This document shows positions 23,651 to 24,000 of a stretch of DNA of 24,000 nucleotides, piece by piece. The translations under genes and the position numbers were made by a program. The stretch lies in assembly GCA_013390375.1 (NCBI GenBank), contig JACATA010000005.1, positions 23,856 to 47,855 on the forward strand. Direction: 5' to 3'. Position 1 is the stretch's first letter, and each line of letters opens with the position of its first letter. The stretch comes from Marine Group I thaumarchaeote (GTDB taxonomy: Archaea > Thermoproteota > Nitrososphaeria > Nitrososphaerales > Nitrosopumilaceae). The notes beneath the pieces are model-generated. The model was not told the DNA's origin and made no database searches. It was given only the letters and a program-made list of their open reading frames with translations.

Positions 23651-24000
23651 TTAGTACCTTGGTACTATGCTGAGTCTTGTCTTTGCAGTGACCACAATAA
23701 TTGATATAATTGCTACTGCAAGTATCATTGCAGCGATTACACCAAATTCTGGAATTGCCCAGCTACCATGAATTTCGATTTTTTCAGTTCCTGCTACACA
23801 GGGAATTGTTAGTGTATTTCCAACCTGTGTGAAATCTTGCATCACTTGATTATCTACTATAACTGCAAATGTTCCATCTTCAAACGGTTTGATTAGTTCT
23901 TCGTGCAAAGTAATTGTTAGTATTCCATCATCTGTTGGATCAATGTATATCACAATACTATCATCATCCGCATTAGCAAAGAAAGCGGGAGGATCAGCAT
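23651..24000 (-). CDS. Exported protein with a PEFG-CTERM sorting signal; the 5' end lies beyond the right edge
   Basis: The C-terminus is WAIPEFGVIAAMILAVAIISIIVVTAKTRLS. The track start at 23953 is an internal GTG. The frame stays open to position 24000 (...ADPPAFFANADDDSIVIYIDPTDDG...). Confidence 0.72.
   Translation of the reverse strand, partial: ADPPAFFANADDDSIVIYIDPTDDGILTITLHEELIKPFEDGTFAVIVDNQVMQDFTQVGNTLTIPCVAGTEKIEIHGSWAIPEFGVIAAMILAVAIISIIVVTAKTRLSIVPRY

Overview
This is a visibly AT-rich archaeal chromosomal segment. Gene content, PEFG-type C-terminal sorting signals and TATA boxes about 25 nt upstream of start codons point to a Nitrosopumilus-like ammonia-oxidising archaeon (Nitrososphaerota/Thaumarchaeota). 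That assignment is inferred, not searched. Most of the window is tightly packed housekeeping DNA.

Main blocks:
(1) A nine-gene minus-strand array: rpoN, eno, rps2, mvk, ipk, idi, idsA, gltX and an FAH-family fragment. It joins transcription/translation genes to the lower mevalonate pathway and GGPP synthase.
(2) tRNA-Leu(GAG).
(3) A translin-like gene, then nnrE, an MBL hydrolase and a cobT-like gene.
(4) glmS, rps4 and rps13.
(5) A small accessory-looking patch: a wHTH protein, a frameshifted exported protein, an orphan ORF and a B12-domain radical SAM enzyme.
(6) A VIT transporter, followed by a nickel-pincer-cofactor locus of mdh-larB divergent from larC-larE-cysteine desulfurase.
(7) Two PEFG-CTERM exported proteins.

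I found no rRNA, CRISPR array, transposase or integrase.

Observations most worth follow-up:
- The Lar locus has no LarA in view, has an embedded MDH, and has a three-Cys LarE coupled to its own desulfurase.
- The type-1 IDI has Ala in place of the catalytic Cys.
- Two apparent single-base homopolymer frameshifts affect the cobT N-terminus and an exported protein.
- An orphan class-B-like radical SAM enzyme has no assignable substrate.
- rps13 and rps4 carry low-complexity tails, and the rps13 tail is partly encoded by a tandem repeat.

All homology calls rest on motif recognition by eye. No database search was run.
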